A DNA stretch of 64,000 nt from NCBI GenBank assembly GCA_010909165.1, contig MU008151.1:372001-436000 (forward strand), written 5' to 3'. Below are positions 1 through 13,656 of this stretch, in pieces. The notes under the pieces were generated by a model that did not search any database, was not told the DNA's origin, and saw only the letters and a list, made by a program, of their open reading frames with translations. The position numbers were made by a program, and so were the translations under genes. The stretch is from Anthoceros angustus (Eukaryota; Plantae; Anthocerotophyta). Numbering within the stretch: the first letter of the stretch is position 1; each line of letters opens with the position of its first letter.

Positions 1-3000
1 TCTTTATTTGGAGTGCAAGGCTAGAATTTCGAATCAGGGTAGCAGGTACATGTAGTTGTTGGCACAGAACTGATGGGGTCTGTAACTGCAGGTAGTTAGA
101 CTTTGCAGGGAACATGGTCTCTACAGCGCCCTTATATACCTTTTCAACAAAGGGCTGGATGACTTCAGGTCACCCTTGGAAGAGCTTTTGACTGTAGCTC
201 AAGATCTTCAGAATCCTCAATGTCAAGCGTTCGGGTAGGACTGATGTTACATCGGAACATCACTTCCAGCATTTTTCTGCTGGTTGCAAACCCTCATTGC
301 ACTTATGTGTGGGAAATGTTGCACCGTTCTGCCTTTTGTGGTGCATTTGTTGTTGATTGCTGCTGCTGCTTATATCATGGGGCATGAATGTATGTTGGCA
401 GGTATAAGCTGCTTGTGTATCTCAAGTACTGCTTCCTTGGTCTCTCCTTCCCACCAGGTTTGTGACTCTTTGTGAGATGAATATACTTCTTACTTGGCAA
501 CTAGTCTTATATTAAGAACTCTGTGTATGTGTGGCCTACATTCCATTATGCAGCAGAACTGAATTGTGGCCTGTCCATGCAGGGCATGGAGAACTTTCTC
601 CCACTCGGTTACCTTCTTTGCGAGCAGAGCTGCTTCATTTTCTGCTTGACCCTGTAGGTAGCAATGAGGATCAAGCAGTCATGAAGTCGAAAAATCAGAT
701 GGGAAAGACCTACCCAAGGCTGTGTTTTTTACTAGAACTGGATACAAAAGCAACGCTGCTTGTGTTGAGCTTGGCCTTCCCAGAGAGAGGTCCTTTGGGG
801 GTTGGTAAGGTAGGCTGTGCGTATTCAGCTAGTCAGCAAGAAGAAACATCCCAGGTTGAAGATGGACCAAATGCTGGTGAAGCTTCCCCCTACATGCAAG
901 CAGTCGTCAATGCTCTTGTTCATGTACTGGAAGCTGCTCAGTGTGGCCTTTGTGGCACAAGTAAACATGAAAGTGAAGGCTCAGAGAGTGCATCGCACCT
1001 GTCTTGGCCTTCCAAGGAAGACGCCAGCTGCCTACTTCAGTTTGTTGCTCGTTTTGTTGCTGCGAGACATGCTGTGGTGGCAAGTAACACGTTGTGCTCC
1101 ATCTTGGAGAATTTAACATCCAGTGTAGAGCTGTCTAGACCGGTTGATAAGGCAAGGATAGAAAAGGAAGGTGTAATGTTGGAATTACTGCAGGGGTTAC
1201 CTGAAACAGAGTGGGATGCAGCTCTTACTCTTCAGCAGGCTCAACAAGCACATTTTTGGCAGGTCTGTACGTCTTTTTGTACCTACAGGTCAGTGTTTGA
1301 AGAACTCCTTCAATATCCTGACTTGCTAGTCGCAACTGGCAGGTGAGTGCGCTTATTCACAGGAAAAGCGGGGACATGATTGCTGCTGTGGACTGCTATC
1401 TGGTGGATATGAATCACCCACAGCATGCTTTTGCTTTTATAATGGATATGCTGCATCCCGAGCATGGTTTGGAGGGTTCACAGCTGCTGAGCTTCAGGGA
1501 AGGAGTCCTTAGCCGGATCGCAAAGCTCCTAGCTCTGAACAGGTCAGTCCAGTGTCGCATCATCTTCTGTTCGACTGGAATTAATTGGCACCTGTGGTCA
1601 CTTAAACTGGTTGGTTTTTGGTTTGTCCTAGGCCAACTACTTTACTTCTTGTGCTGAAGTACTTCAGCAAAGACAATGATTTGATCACAGCATCGCTAGG
1701 CCAGGAGCCTTATCTGTTGTTCAGCTATTTGAAAGCTATTATGGATGTCCGCACGTATGGGTACTGTAAACCTCTGCCTGCACTTTTGAAACAAGCCTCT
1801 ACAGAGACTGTCAGCACCCAGCTGGAGACTCTACTCGTTCAGGACAAAGAAGTCAACCTGGCAGATATGCTGGAGCAGTCCGGGCTGCTCTCCAGAGATG
1901 GATTGGCAGAATTGTATCTGGAGGTCTGTAGCAACATGCAGTCATTTTTGGGTGCAGTTGTGGGGCCAGATGCGCTTTAGTAGCACAATTAGATTTAAGT
2001 AAGGCTAAGTAACTTTTTTTCTCGCTTGCCGGATCCTTTACGAATGAGTTTGCATGGTGCTGCAGCTTCTATGCCAATTCAACCCCACATCAGTGTTGAG
2101 CTTTCTGGAGAGATATGAAAATTATCGGCTGGAGCATTGCCTGAAGTTGTGTCAGGAGTATGAGATAACAGACGCAGCCGTGTTTATCTTGGAAAGAGTC
2201 GGGGATGTTGCAAGTGCTTTGTCACTGGTGCTTGCCGAGTTTGAACAGCGATTGCGAGAGATGGATCAAGCAGTGTCACGTTTTTTTTCCTCAGTCGGCC
2301 CATCAAAACGTCACACCAGCATTCTCCTTGGTCCTGATCTGCCTGAGGTAAGAGAAAACACACGTCTTCTCATGTGGTTTGGCGACATTTGTCGACTCAG
2401 TAGAGATACTGCCAGGCAAATACCACACTGGAACTGTTCAGTTTTGTGTTCTTCTGGTTGATGTATTTGTGGCCGATGAAGGTAAAACTGGCTGCTTCAG
2501 TTATGCAAGATGCGATTGGGCTCTGTCAACGAAACACACGGCAGCTAGACCCACATGAGTCTCAGCAGTTGTGGTTTCGAGTACTTGACAGGTATTTTGT
2601 ATTTTCGTCTTGACTGTTGTTTGCACGGCTTTTTTGCTATCTGCATCTTGAGTGTTGTTCGCACGGCTTTTTTTGCCTTTGAGAGTGCTGACCAAAGCTC
2701 ATCTGACCTGCAATTGTGTGGTGTGACCAGAGTTGTTGACCCCCTCTGTGACTTGTGCATGAATAACGAGACTGAAAAGTTTCGGAAACAAACTCATCGG
2801 CAACATGGAAAGGGGTCTTTTCATTGGAGTGTAGCGGCAGGGAGACCATCAGGAGAATATGTACGAAAGCATCTGAGGCAGTTTATGGGCGAGATTGTTG
2901 AGAGCATGAAGGGATATGTTCCTCTATCGGACATAATGCATAAGATTTTGACAGACAATGGCGGTCATGAATTCAGGGACTTCAGAGAAACAATTCTGGG

Positions 3001-3982
3001 ACTCCTGAGTACTTACGGTTTCGAATGCGCGCTTCTGGTATACGTCGGACATCTGTGTGTGGGAGTGGTGCGGTTTTCTTAGACTGTGGCTAACGAGGTT
3101 TCTCTGTGAAAAACAGGGTAAGGCAAAACGTGTTTTGGAAGATGACACATACTCCAATGTCAGCACGCTGAAGAAATACCGTACACATGCTTATGCTCCT
3201 AGTGGTCCAAGCTGCTGTGTATGCCAACGGAAACTGAACGAGGATTATGAAAGAAACTCTGATGGGAATGTTGTAAGTAGACGCTTGAGCAGCAAGGACA
3301 AACGCAAAGGAAAGATGCCAGAGGAAGATGGCAGAGAACAGCAAATGGCAAGCTTACCAGTTGGAGTGTTCATATTTGCTTGTGGGCATGCAGTTCATTC
3401 TTCGTGTTTGGACGACACTCTCAGTGGTGAATCGGCATTTATTGGTTGCCCAATTTGCTCTACATCAGTGAGCGACAAAGTGGCTGTCGTTCAACAACAA
3501 ACGGTACAACAACCCAGAACCCTCCAAAATCCAGGAGGGATAGAGACAACGATAGTGGCTAGCGAAGCTAAAACATCTGTTTCTTCAAGGGTGTGTACAG
3601 ACCCTTTCGCTTGCATTTATGTTATTCGTAGGAGAAGCTCTATTGACTGACATTGCTGACTGTTGCAACTCCTGGTGTGCAGTGGGAACTGCTGAATAGT
3701 CTCCAAAGAGGGAAGAGAATCGATGAGCTGGGACCTTCAATACAGCTGAGCCTGGCACCCCCGAAAATAATCGCCCCTTCCCAGAAAGCGAATTCCCGGA
3801 GAATCGGCTCTTCCCGAGCTACAATATCCAGCCGGAAAGCAGGCTCCACTGCGAGGAGTTCACTGAGGCGCGACCTGGGAAAAACTGGAGCTGCGAGACC
3901 TGGTCAGCAGGTGATTCGCGACAAAATTGCGGATACCTTGTCAGCCAAGGTGCAGGTCCCTAGCAAAAGGAGGATCGCATAA
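1..3982 (+). CDS. VPS8: Vacuolar protein sorting 8 homolog (CORVET subunit), multi-exon, 5' end outside the window
   Basis: Exonic peptides include SRTELWP...PSLRAELLHFLL, AQQAHFWQVC, LLCQFNPTSVLSFLERYENYRLEHCLKLCQEY..DAAVFILERVGD, DAIGLCQRNTRQLDPHESQQLWF, YVPLSDIMHKILTDNGGHEFRDFRETILGLLSTYGFE and a C-terminal RING (CCVCQ...CGHAVHSSC...CPIC). They are separated by short GT-AG introns; stop at 3982. Confidence 0.92.
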
Positions 3983-5540
3983 CACCTTGAAGGTACATAC
4001 CTAGTGAAGGGTACCGCGAAACCCGTTCCAAGTCGGCTTCGCAAGAGAGCCGGCCGTAGCCGGGGTGCCTTAACGACGGAACGTGCCAATTAGGAAGTAC
4101 CGACGGTATGAATAGGTTCTGTGAGAAGGACGCCATGGATTCCTGCCAAGATGCTAAGATTTACGTGATAGCCTTAGCAGATCAGGAAACGTGTGATAGG
4201 CACGTCCTTCCCTTATTGTAGTGACCAAAATATGTAAAAATGTGACGGCTTCATCGCCATCAGCAGGTTGAAGGACGTCTTACGTGAGTCCTTGCCTCAT
4301 TTTACAGACTGCTGTCACGGGACCAGACCTTTATCTTGAGCCGGAGCAGTATACGAGAAGAAATTCTGTGTCCCGAGTTGCGCAGCACACTAACTAGAAT
4401 GCTACACTGGTCTTAACCATTCCATGCTCCTCACATGCCTGGCTAGCGTAAGTAGGGTGCGGCCAGGGTCTACCATAATCAACCAACCTGTAATCCCTTC
4501 AATCAAGTGTCAGGTATCGACTTCGGCGACATACTGTTGGTGCATCAAACTGCTTCTGATAGGGTCTTCTCACTTCTCCTCGTTCTACGCATTCCTGTTT
4601 GACAAAGAGAGACGTCTCCAGCTGTTGGTTTCAAGAAGCAAGTCCAGATTGGCGGTCTTGTGGTTGAGTGATTTTTACATCGTTTGTACACCGTCAGGAT
4701 GTATTTTTCATCTTCCCGACCAGGCAAAGCTGGGACAGGGATGTCCCTCACTCAAATCGCGTCTGCAGCTCCTGCCTTCATGTCACAGTGGCAGTAGACA
4801 AAACGGAATAGCAGTTAGGCAGCAGCTAGTGCCAAAGTCCCATCTCCGATATCGAACTGAGAAGATGAAGATTCCCCTGTTGCGTGGAATGTGGACTGGA
4901 TAACGCAGCACAAACATGTGCCTGATAGGTGGTAAGTTTGTATCTCCGATGATGAAAGGACGTCAACTTAGGCAGGTGTGCAACGAGAGGGAAATTTGAA
5001 GAGTCCACTTGAATTAAATCCTGCAGAACCACTGTCTACTTCTTCTCTTAGACTCGGGGAGCAGGAACTACACCAATGCCCACATTTGCTGCTGTTCCAG
5101 CAACATTTCGCATTGACGTTGTATCATTGAACAGTTCAACGAATGACATTCGTGCCCTGCACCTTGGCAATTTACAGAACGCATACAATATGCACAGTTC
5201 CTCCGACGATCATAGCTTGTTGCAGAGAAGCCATTGAGTAATGACTAATACAAACTTGATTTGTGCATCTGTAGATTTTAGGGGTACCAACGCCTTGGGA
5301 AGAACAGCCAACCCGAGCTGGGACAAGCTGCCAAGAGATTTATCAGCTGTAGACGTGGGCTCCGGTGAGATTCTTGTCTTGATCAAGGGATCCATGGCCC
5401 AAGGCGCACGGCCTGGGCTGTGCCAGCTGTGAGGCAAGGTCGCGTAGGAGGAGGTGGCCAGACATATTTAGCCCGAAACATCAAGACATCTTTGGCCCGA
5501 AACATCAAGTGCTCCTCGGCAAATGGAATAATCTGGGAAG

Positions 5541-5680
5541 ATAGGATTTGTGTGGAGGGATTAACCCAATGATCCAAGCAAGCGTGATCCTTCTGCCCAA
5601 GTTGTGACTTATAGGATTTGTGTGGAGGGATTAACCAAATGATCCAAGCAAGCGTGATCCTTCTGCCCAAGTTGTGACTT
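5541..5680. repeat. 70-bp direct tandem duplication (2 copies)
   Basis: ataggatttgtgtggagggattaacc...gttgtgactt starts at 5541 and again at 5611. Confidence 0.95.
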
Positions 5681-6767
5681 AAAGCCAGGAGCTATATATG
5701 TTTGCTCAAGCAGAAAATATCAACCAACTCCTCTTCCTCGCATTGTGTGAGTGGAACCTGTCCTACCATTTGATTGTGGACGCTCCTCGTTACGTCCTAG
5801 CAGCGTGTGTAGTTGTCTCACCCCCACTACCTCCCGTCCACTTGCCCATGAGTTCGTTTGAAAGGAGTGGTTGGTTGATTAGTAGTCTTGTCAGCTAAAT
5901 ACATGTGTGAGCTTTAGTTGCAAGCTAGGTAGTTGTTTTCGCATCACCCCTTCCTCCTTGTGTTCCATGTGGTTGGAGAATAAGAGCGACAAAAAATAAA
6001 TAAGAGCGACGTGGTGCACTTATATCCATGATAAAGTACAGGATATGTATATACTTATATGTAGATAAACATAAGGGATATGTATATGTAGATTAAATAT
6101 ATATTATATTTATATTATTAAATATTATATTTGTATTATTAAATATAATTATAATAATAAGTTTATTTTATATTAAGATATAAATTACTTATTCATTTTA
6201 GCCATCAGCATAACTTCTAGCCCTTATCTTACCCATGCACTCTATCGTAACTTTTATCCCTTGCCCCTAACCAAGTACTCCTATACGTATTCCATAGTAT
6301 TATGTTATACTATATAATATTTTATTATTAATTACATATTATATTAAGGTATAAATTACTTATCAATAGGGCCATCGATGCCGAACGTTAAAATTTAGCT
6401 TAGCATCCATCAATACTCACTACTAGTATAGACCGAGATCAAACCCTAAACTTCTTAGTTCTAAGAAATATGCCTTGACCAATCCACTATTTTAGTTGGA
6501 GCATTAAGATCTCGGGATTTATTTGAAAGAAAAATCTAAACGTAATATTATTGCCTATGTCTAAGTTCATGGGCACGCGTCTTACTTTGCATTCGAAGGA
6601 CAGTTTCAAAAGAGAAGGAGGAAGGGACTTACCCTTTCCCTTCTCTTTTACAAGGGAGAGGAGGAGGGGGAGAGGCAAGGAGGAAAAGGGAGAGAGGGAT
6701 CTGAGGTAGAGAAAGAGGAGGAGCAAGAGGAAGCGGAAGCAGAAGTAGAGGGTGAGAGGGAAAGAAA

Positions 6768-6812
6768 GAGGAGGAGGAGGAGGAGGAGGAGGAGGAGGAG
6801 GAGGAGGAGGAG
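6768..6812. repeat. (GAG)n microsatellite inside a purine-rich tract
   Basis: About 15 GAG units read directly, within a GA-rich stretch at about 6610-6845. Confidence 0.95.
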
Positions 6813-7379
6813 GGGGAGAGGGAAAGGGAAAGGGAAAGGAAGAGGGTGGTCCCTCTCAAAATTTCAAAATAATTGCAACAACTAAAGTGTTACATGGTCT
6901 TTTGTTACAGTTTTGCTGGATTGGTACCGAACCTCCTTTCATCTACCTTAACCCTTGTTGCTTTCACACTCGTATTTTATTGGTGCCATTATTGTAATAT
7001 GCATATAGGGCTTTATACATACTTTACATCTACGCTTTCATTACCATATTTTCCTAAGGTAATTTATTCCAATACCTATACACGGTCTTCTACATATTTC
7101 ACTTGTATCTGTTCTACCTTATTTTCTGTTATTTTATATGTTATCCACGTATCATACAATTATATACGTCATCCGTGTAATGTACATATATACAAACCCA
7201 TTTATTCCAAAAAATATGACATATTGATATTTTATTTCACTGCACACAAGCTGGCCCATTGGATCATTCAAAATTGTGATTCCGCAAGCTCGTTCTCTGG
7301 TTCTTTTTCGTTTTTTTCATTGCGAGCACATTCCATGCTGCTCCTCTGCATCCATTTGCCAAGCATCTACACCTAATAG

Positions 7380-8140
7380 TATGTGCCTCACCTTGAAGCT
7401 CTTTGCAGCTTTACTATAATCTCCTTCTCTAATATTACATCACAATCTGGTAACCCATCAACTAAAATTTCGAGATAGAAAATCACAGCATGGAACGGGT
7501 CTTGGCCTCACCTTGCATCAGCGTGTAGTTGTACATGAGAGCATTTACATGAGAGCCCCCCATGCTAGTATCGCCTTCTCTAACGTCACATCACAGTCTG
7601 GTTACGCATCAGCTGAAAATCACAGCATGGAACGGGTCTTGGCCTCACCTTGCAGCTTGTTGCAGCTTTACATTTACATGAGACCCCGCCATGCTACCAT
7701 CGCCTTCTCTAACGTCACATCACAATCTCGTTACGCATCAGCTGAAAAATCGAGATAGGAAATCACAACATGGAACGGGTCTTTGCCTGAAATCACAGCA
7801 TGGAACGGACCTCCTCCTCTTCCTTTCCCTCTCCCCCTCCTCCTTCTTCCCATCTCCCCCTCTTCTTCCTTCCCCTCTCCCCCTCCTCCTCCTTATAATC
7901 TCTCCCTAGGAAATCACAACATGGAACGGGTCTTTGCCTGAAATCACAGCATGGAACGGACCTCCTCCTCTTCCTTTCCCTCTCCCCCTCCTCCTCCTTC
8001 CTATCTCCCCCTCTTCTTCCTTTGCCTCTCCCCCTCCTCCTCCTTCCTATCTCCCCCTCTTCTTCCTTCCCCTCTCCCCCTCCTCCTCCTTATAATCTCT
8101 CCCGCTTTTCCTCTTTCTCTTCCCTCTTGCCCTCCTCGAG
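7380..8140. repeat. Complex degenerate tandem repeats plus a duplicated CT-rich block
   Basis: Motif aaatcacagcatggaacgggtcttggcctcaccttg and its variants recur several times. The CT-rich block following ggaaatcacaacatggaacgg occurs at 7758 and again at 7908. Confidence 0.85.
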
Positions 8141-9165
8141 ATCGATTGCAACAAGAGTGTATCAAGGGGAGGGTTGGTTTCCAAACTTGACAATAACAAG
8201 GGGCCCAAAAAGTGTATCAAAACCCCAAGATTTCAACAACATCAAGAGGTCCAAATCTTGTGTAACATGGCAGCTCGTTTCTAGTAGGGATTATGGAATC
8301 CAAAAGGTTGAGAGCTTGCTACTATCGTAGCCTGGCATGGGGTAGCCACTACGCGGCTCGGATCGCGACTTGTCGTGCGTAATTGGATCGAAATTGATGA
8401 GTCAGATTTTAATGTGAGGTTGAGGTCTTGCGATTTGTGACTATGATGAGCTAGATTCTAATGTAATCCGTAGTTTTGATGGATCGAATTTTGAGTGGAT
8501 AGCAGAGGTTGAATGACTTGGCATAAGAATAATTTATCATGATAACAATTCACAAAAATAATAAGAAAACAGCACATCACATGTGTATTGTAACCATCTC
8601 TAATTGAGTTGGTTCATTGAGTTAATCCAATTATTGACTTCATAATTGTCTGTAAACATTACATCTTATACCTCATATGATCATTGAATGTGTTAGTTTG
8701 TCTATGTACTTACTATTTCAATGTGTACTAAGCTCAAACAACAAGTTTATGAATCATTCAATCTTGATCACATCCTATCTCCTAGAATTGTTTCTCTTTG
8801 TACCATTCTTGGACTACCACCATGAATATGTTATGATGTTTCGAGGTCTCTTAGTAATGAATTTGTCGTGACCTGCACATATGTATCAAGTAAGACGTGA
8901 GAGTAATACTTTGTTCGAAGGACACCAATAGCATCTTCATTCAAGAACTCATTAATTTAACATGAAAAAAATCTGTTGGATATTTGTATAAACTTCACAA
9001 ATACCTCAATTTGTATCTTCTTAGTCAGCATAGAAAAATATCAATATTTTGAAGTGATAAACATTCAAAGTTTTCTCACACTTATGCAATAAATAATAAT
9101 AATTTCATATAAGTATAACCAAATACAGTATGATAACAATAAGACACCATCTTATGATCGTTGCA

Positions 9166-9352
9166 CATTAAATCTTAAGTAAACTATTTTAGGTCATTAA
9201 TCTTCAATGGACTTCAGCAAATTTTCTTCCTTTTTCACTTATGCACCTACTTCTTATGATCATCACACATTAAATCTTAAGTGAACTATTTGAGGTCATT
9301 AATCTTCAATGGACTTGAACAAATTTTCTTCGTTTTTCACTTATGCACCTAT
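9166..9352. repeat. About 102-bp imperfect tandem duplication in an AT-rich intergenic island
   Basis: cattaaatcttaagt...cacttatgcaccta starts at 9166 and at 9268. Confidence 0.9.
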
Positions 9353-10869
9353 TTCTCCGCTGATGCATCACTTATACTATATTATTATAAGTGTTTTTAA
9401 ATATATTACTAAAAGTTTAAAATAATTTTTAATAAAACTATTTCATGTACCTTAACAAATATATTTATTGATATTAATAAGATATAATAATTTTTGGTTC
9501 ATAAATGCTATCCAGAAAAACCTTGCATTTATCCCATTCAAGACATATACCTATTTTCATGTGTATATCTATATATTTATATCAATATATTTTATACAAA
9601 AATTATCCACAACAAAAATTATCCATCCCGTACCTTCTACCTTGTATCTTGTACCTCTAAACCTTATTCCAGACATATACCTCCATATTCAAAACAACTT
9701 TATGTACGTAATTTAGATTATATTACTTTATTAAATAATTTATATAAAATAAAACTCATATAAAAATAATACCATCATACAAAATATTTTTTAGGACATG
9801 CACACCCAGCAAAACCAATACAGCAGACTCGACAAAGGGAAACAGGGAGCACAACAGCTTGCCAAATTGATAAAACAGAACATAAATTTAAGAACTTATA
9901 CAGAAAAGTAGTTACAAATAAAGAGTTAATAAGGAGAATTCAACCTCACCTAATCGCTTGACCTAATCCGGTCCCACGTCTCGACTCAAACGGACGGCTT
10001 TGTGACGAAAGTCGGTCCTACATGTATATACATGCGCCCAGTACGCACTCGTTAAAAGTTAACCTCGATAGAATTGTCAAAGAAACGCGCTGTGCAGACC
10101 TATCGATCCCAACCTCTCAAGAGTTAATTTGTCCTTTCCGTCTGCCAATCTCAACGCCCTGTGCAAAGCTACCAATGCCAACCTTTTCAGAGTTGATGTC
10201 CTTTCACGCTCCCAATCTTCACAGGCTTACATCACGAATAAATTTCACGCACCACAGTCCATCCATCCAGCAAAGCTGAGCGGAAGAACAGTCTAACCAT
10301 GGTAAAACGGGACAAGCCTTGCAAAGCGTGGCATACAGGATTTTCAAAACATGGGCACAGTTCGCCTAGATTCTTGAAGAGCTCATTTGTCATTGGGAAT
10401 TTCAAGGATTGGACACATGGTTTGCGCTACAGGTAAAGGATGTTCGTTGCTTCCTTGGTGTGGTGTGGTGTGGTGTGGTCTGCCAAGGCTTGGCTGAGAT
10501 TGTATACACCCTTCCCTAATCTCTCACATGTTCCTACTTCTTGGATAGTGAGACTTTCTACAAGCCACTCTTCACCTGCTGCATGTCATGGGACCTATTT
10601 GTGCATACCAGGAGCATATATTAAAGTTAGCACAGGTTAACACTTTCTTATCCAGGCGCTCTTCTGGCCACAATTCCCATTTTAATCTACCAGTTTCATG
10701 AACTAGGTGACGACATAGCTATGGAAGAATTTGACCCTCTATATTTCTGCATCTTTCCCAGTGGCTTAATCTCGTCTTTAGATAGTTTTAACCTAACCAG
10801 GCAACAAGAGATGCATGCATGGCCTTTTCATCCAGAAAGGGGTGTACAATGCGTCTACCTGGGCACCTC

Positions 10870-13656
10870 TTCAAACAGTAGGCAACCACACACACTGAGC
10901 ATTTGCAATCAAGAAAACATCTGCAAGATGAGGCTTGGTTATACTATCTTGAGAAAGAAGGTGCAGAATCGAACCTGTTTCTCAACAACGTTCACAGCAG
11001 AAGTTTCTGTTGAAATGCCTCTTAGCAACCTCGATACACCAGCAGGCAATGACTCTACCACCCCAAAAATTGAACCACTGTCACCTTGGTCAGCTGCAAG
11101 GCCCTCCACCGCATCTCCTAATGGAGGACTTTGATCCTCCAAGTTCAGTAGCCCAGGCAGCAAATTCTTGGTACTTAAAGCACCTGTAGTTGCATGCCCT
11201 GCATTCCGTGTACTATGCTCCAGGCTCTCCACCTCTGGGCGGATTGACTCCCAGCCTGCCTCTCTGCAGCTTACCCCTTCATTGCAAGAGTCAGTTAAAA
11301 TCGCCTGCTTTGGTTCCTGCCCCGGAGCTACAGCATCTCCTCTATTATCTTGAAGTGTCCCTTTGACTCCAGAATGATCACCAATACAGCGATCTTGGCA
11401 AGCTCCACCGTCACCAGATAGCAAGGGCCATTGCGGACGAAGCAGTTCCCGATTTCAACCGGTGATGGGACATTCGTAGGTTTTCAAACCAGCTCTTAAC
11501 AAGTCTTCACAATCCTCTAAGCTGGTGCAGTTTGGGTTCCCAGTTGGTCTGGGCCCTGTTGTTTCAGAGTCTGGTATTCCTACAGTCCCTTGAGTAAAAG
11601 AGGGCAAACTGACATCACCCTCACCTGGAGTTGATTGGCACTGGCGCTCGCTACCTGTTTCAAAGCCTTTGGTCAGTGGTCGGGCATGATTCTTCTTGTA
11701 TCGATGATGGAGCAAGAGAGATTTTGACTTAAAGCTCTGATGACAAATTTCACATGCAAATGCCTGCATGTGATCGAACTCTATGATATGTAACCGCAGC
11801 TTCCGTTCAGTTAGACACTCAGCCCCACAGACGGGGCAGCTGCAACATATCTTTGTCACGTCAACATCTCTGCTAACACCAGCAGCATAATGCTCCTGGA
11901 CAAGCAACTTGTGTCGCCTGTCACTTTCACCAGATCTATTTGAGGCAGCCTTACCAGCCAAAAAATCCATGCTGTGATGCACATTCTGTGTGCACCGACC
12001 TCCAGACCCAACACCAGACGCAGAAGAGACATGCTTAAGGCACCCATCAGTCTCAATGGAAGGGTCTTCTTTCACTTTCCCCAAAGTGTCACACTCCTTC
12101 TGGATCGCCAGTAAGCGTGCTTCATCGAGTATCGAAGAAGGACCACCGGTTCCTTCCTGCTCCATGTGGTCAACAAGAACCTGGCCTCCACGATTTTGAG
12201 GGGCCCTATCCGCAGCAGAAAGTTCCACTGGAATAGTCCTATTTGAAGAAGGCCAAGCCAGAGTGGGCCTCATTCCATCACCATCCACTCCCACACAGAA
12301 ATTCACTCCAGTTTCTTCCTGCCTCTTGGGATCCTCAGGATCAAGATCTTCATTTCCTTCAGGAATGGAATGAAGTGCAGCAGGAGATTCTTTAGGCGAA
12401 GTCTTCTGTAAAGAGGAGAGAGACAGATTAGGCCTGGTTCCATCACCATCTGCTGCCAGAGATAAATCGCTGCCTCTGCTCGATTTAAGATTCAGGTCCT
12501 CCTCAGTGACAGTCACAAGTTGTGCAGCAGCCTCTTTAAACGATCCCCACGTGTTGCCCTGCGGGCTGCACATCCAAGAAACCACACATTAATAATAGAA
12601 TACAAGATATCATAACCTCCTCTCTTCCTTTCCTAGACTGCATTTTCAACAAGAAAAAGATGCAGCACTCTGAAGAACATCACTGCAATTGTGCTTGTAG
12701 TAAGCAGCATACTCTTTGTAATCTCTATACTCAAAATAGTACCGCCCGTGCTTCTGACGCAACCCTACACACACTGTCCATCCAGAAGGGAATCCATTTG
12801 CAGACACGGTCTTCCTTCGCTTGTGATCAGAGGTCCAAGTGCCCCCCATGTTTGTCAAAACCTCGAACAGTCCTGCCTCTGAAGTGTCAGGTCCCTTTCC
12901 CCTCCTCTTGCCAGGGAGGAGCTCTACTTCTTGTTCTCTCTGGAGTTCTGTGTCCTGGTATCCTTGCATTTCCTTCCTGTCGCCTACCTGTTTCATCTTC
13001 TTCCGCTTACGATGTCCTTCTCGACGAATAGGCTCATCTTCCTCCTTTGATGTGCCCACTGCAGTACTCCTCTTCTTCCTGTCTCCGGATAATGGCACTG
13101 TTGCAACCTGCGGATTATCCTGCAGAGGAGGACTCTGGGACCTGGGAAGGCCACCTGCCTGGTCCATTCCATAAGCATCACAGCTTCGACGTGAAGGCCG
13201 CCCACGGCTTCTGCGAGGACTCGATTCAGGAGATCGATCATTCTTTGCCTTGCCACTTCCGCGCCCTCTAGAAGGAGCCTTCTCCTCCAGGAAGCACTGT
13301 TTGTGATTTGCAGCACTGTCATTGAATCCACTGTCCTTCTCTGTATGCACTTCCACCAATGCCTGTGTTCGAGCACGATCCAGATCTTGGCCCGACACAG
13401 CCTCCGCAACCTGAAGCAACTCCTCCGCACTAAACGCATGAAGGTCCACAAAAAACAGTGGTGACAATCCCTTAGGTTTCTCCATATCCTCAAACTCTAC
13501 CACAGTCCTCGGGTCAACTGCACCCGGAACAACCATAGTGCCATCCCCAACTTGCACCACAGCGCCACCCCAAACCCTGCCCACGGCCTCCAATCGGCCA
13601 GCAATCTCATCCTTGACAAACACCTCCTCCTCCTCCAACTCCACCAGCCTCACCAT
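10870..13656 (-). CDS. MBD8-like protein (methyl-CpG-binding domain, AT-hook-like RGRP, C2H2 zinc fingers); 3' end unresolved; in-frame TGA at 11455-11457
   Basis: The N-terminal block FFVDLHAFSAEEL...FNDSAANHKQ resembles the conserved MBD8-family segment. The MBD is split by an intron (FPSGWTVCVGLRQKHGRYYFEYR / SPQGNTWGSFKEAA). Zinc fingers CPVC...H and CEICHQSFKSKSLLLHHRYKKNH follow. The first in-frame ATG is at 13656. Confidence 0.72.

Noticed and set aside
4000-5450. Minus-strand protein-like fragments, possibly a decayed F-box-associated gene
   Set aside because: Many stops and no recognisable conserved motif; a family could not be assigned.
6487-8330. Low-complexity ORFs (poly-G, poly-S, P/L-rich) in the ORF track
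   Set aside because: They are translation by-products of GA/CT microsatellites.
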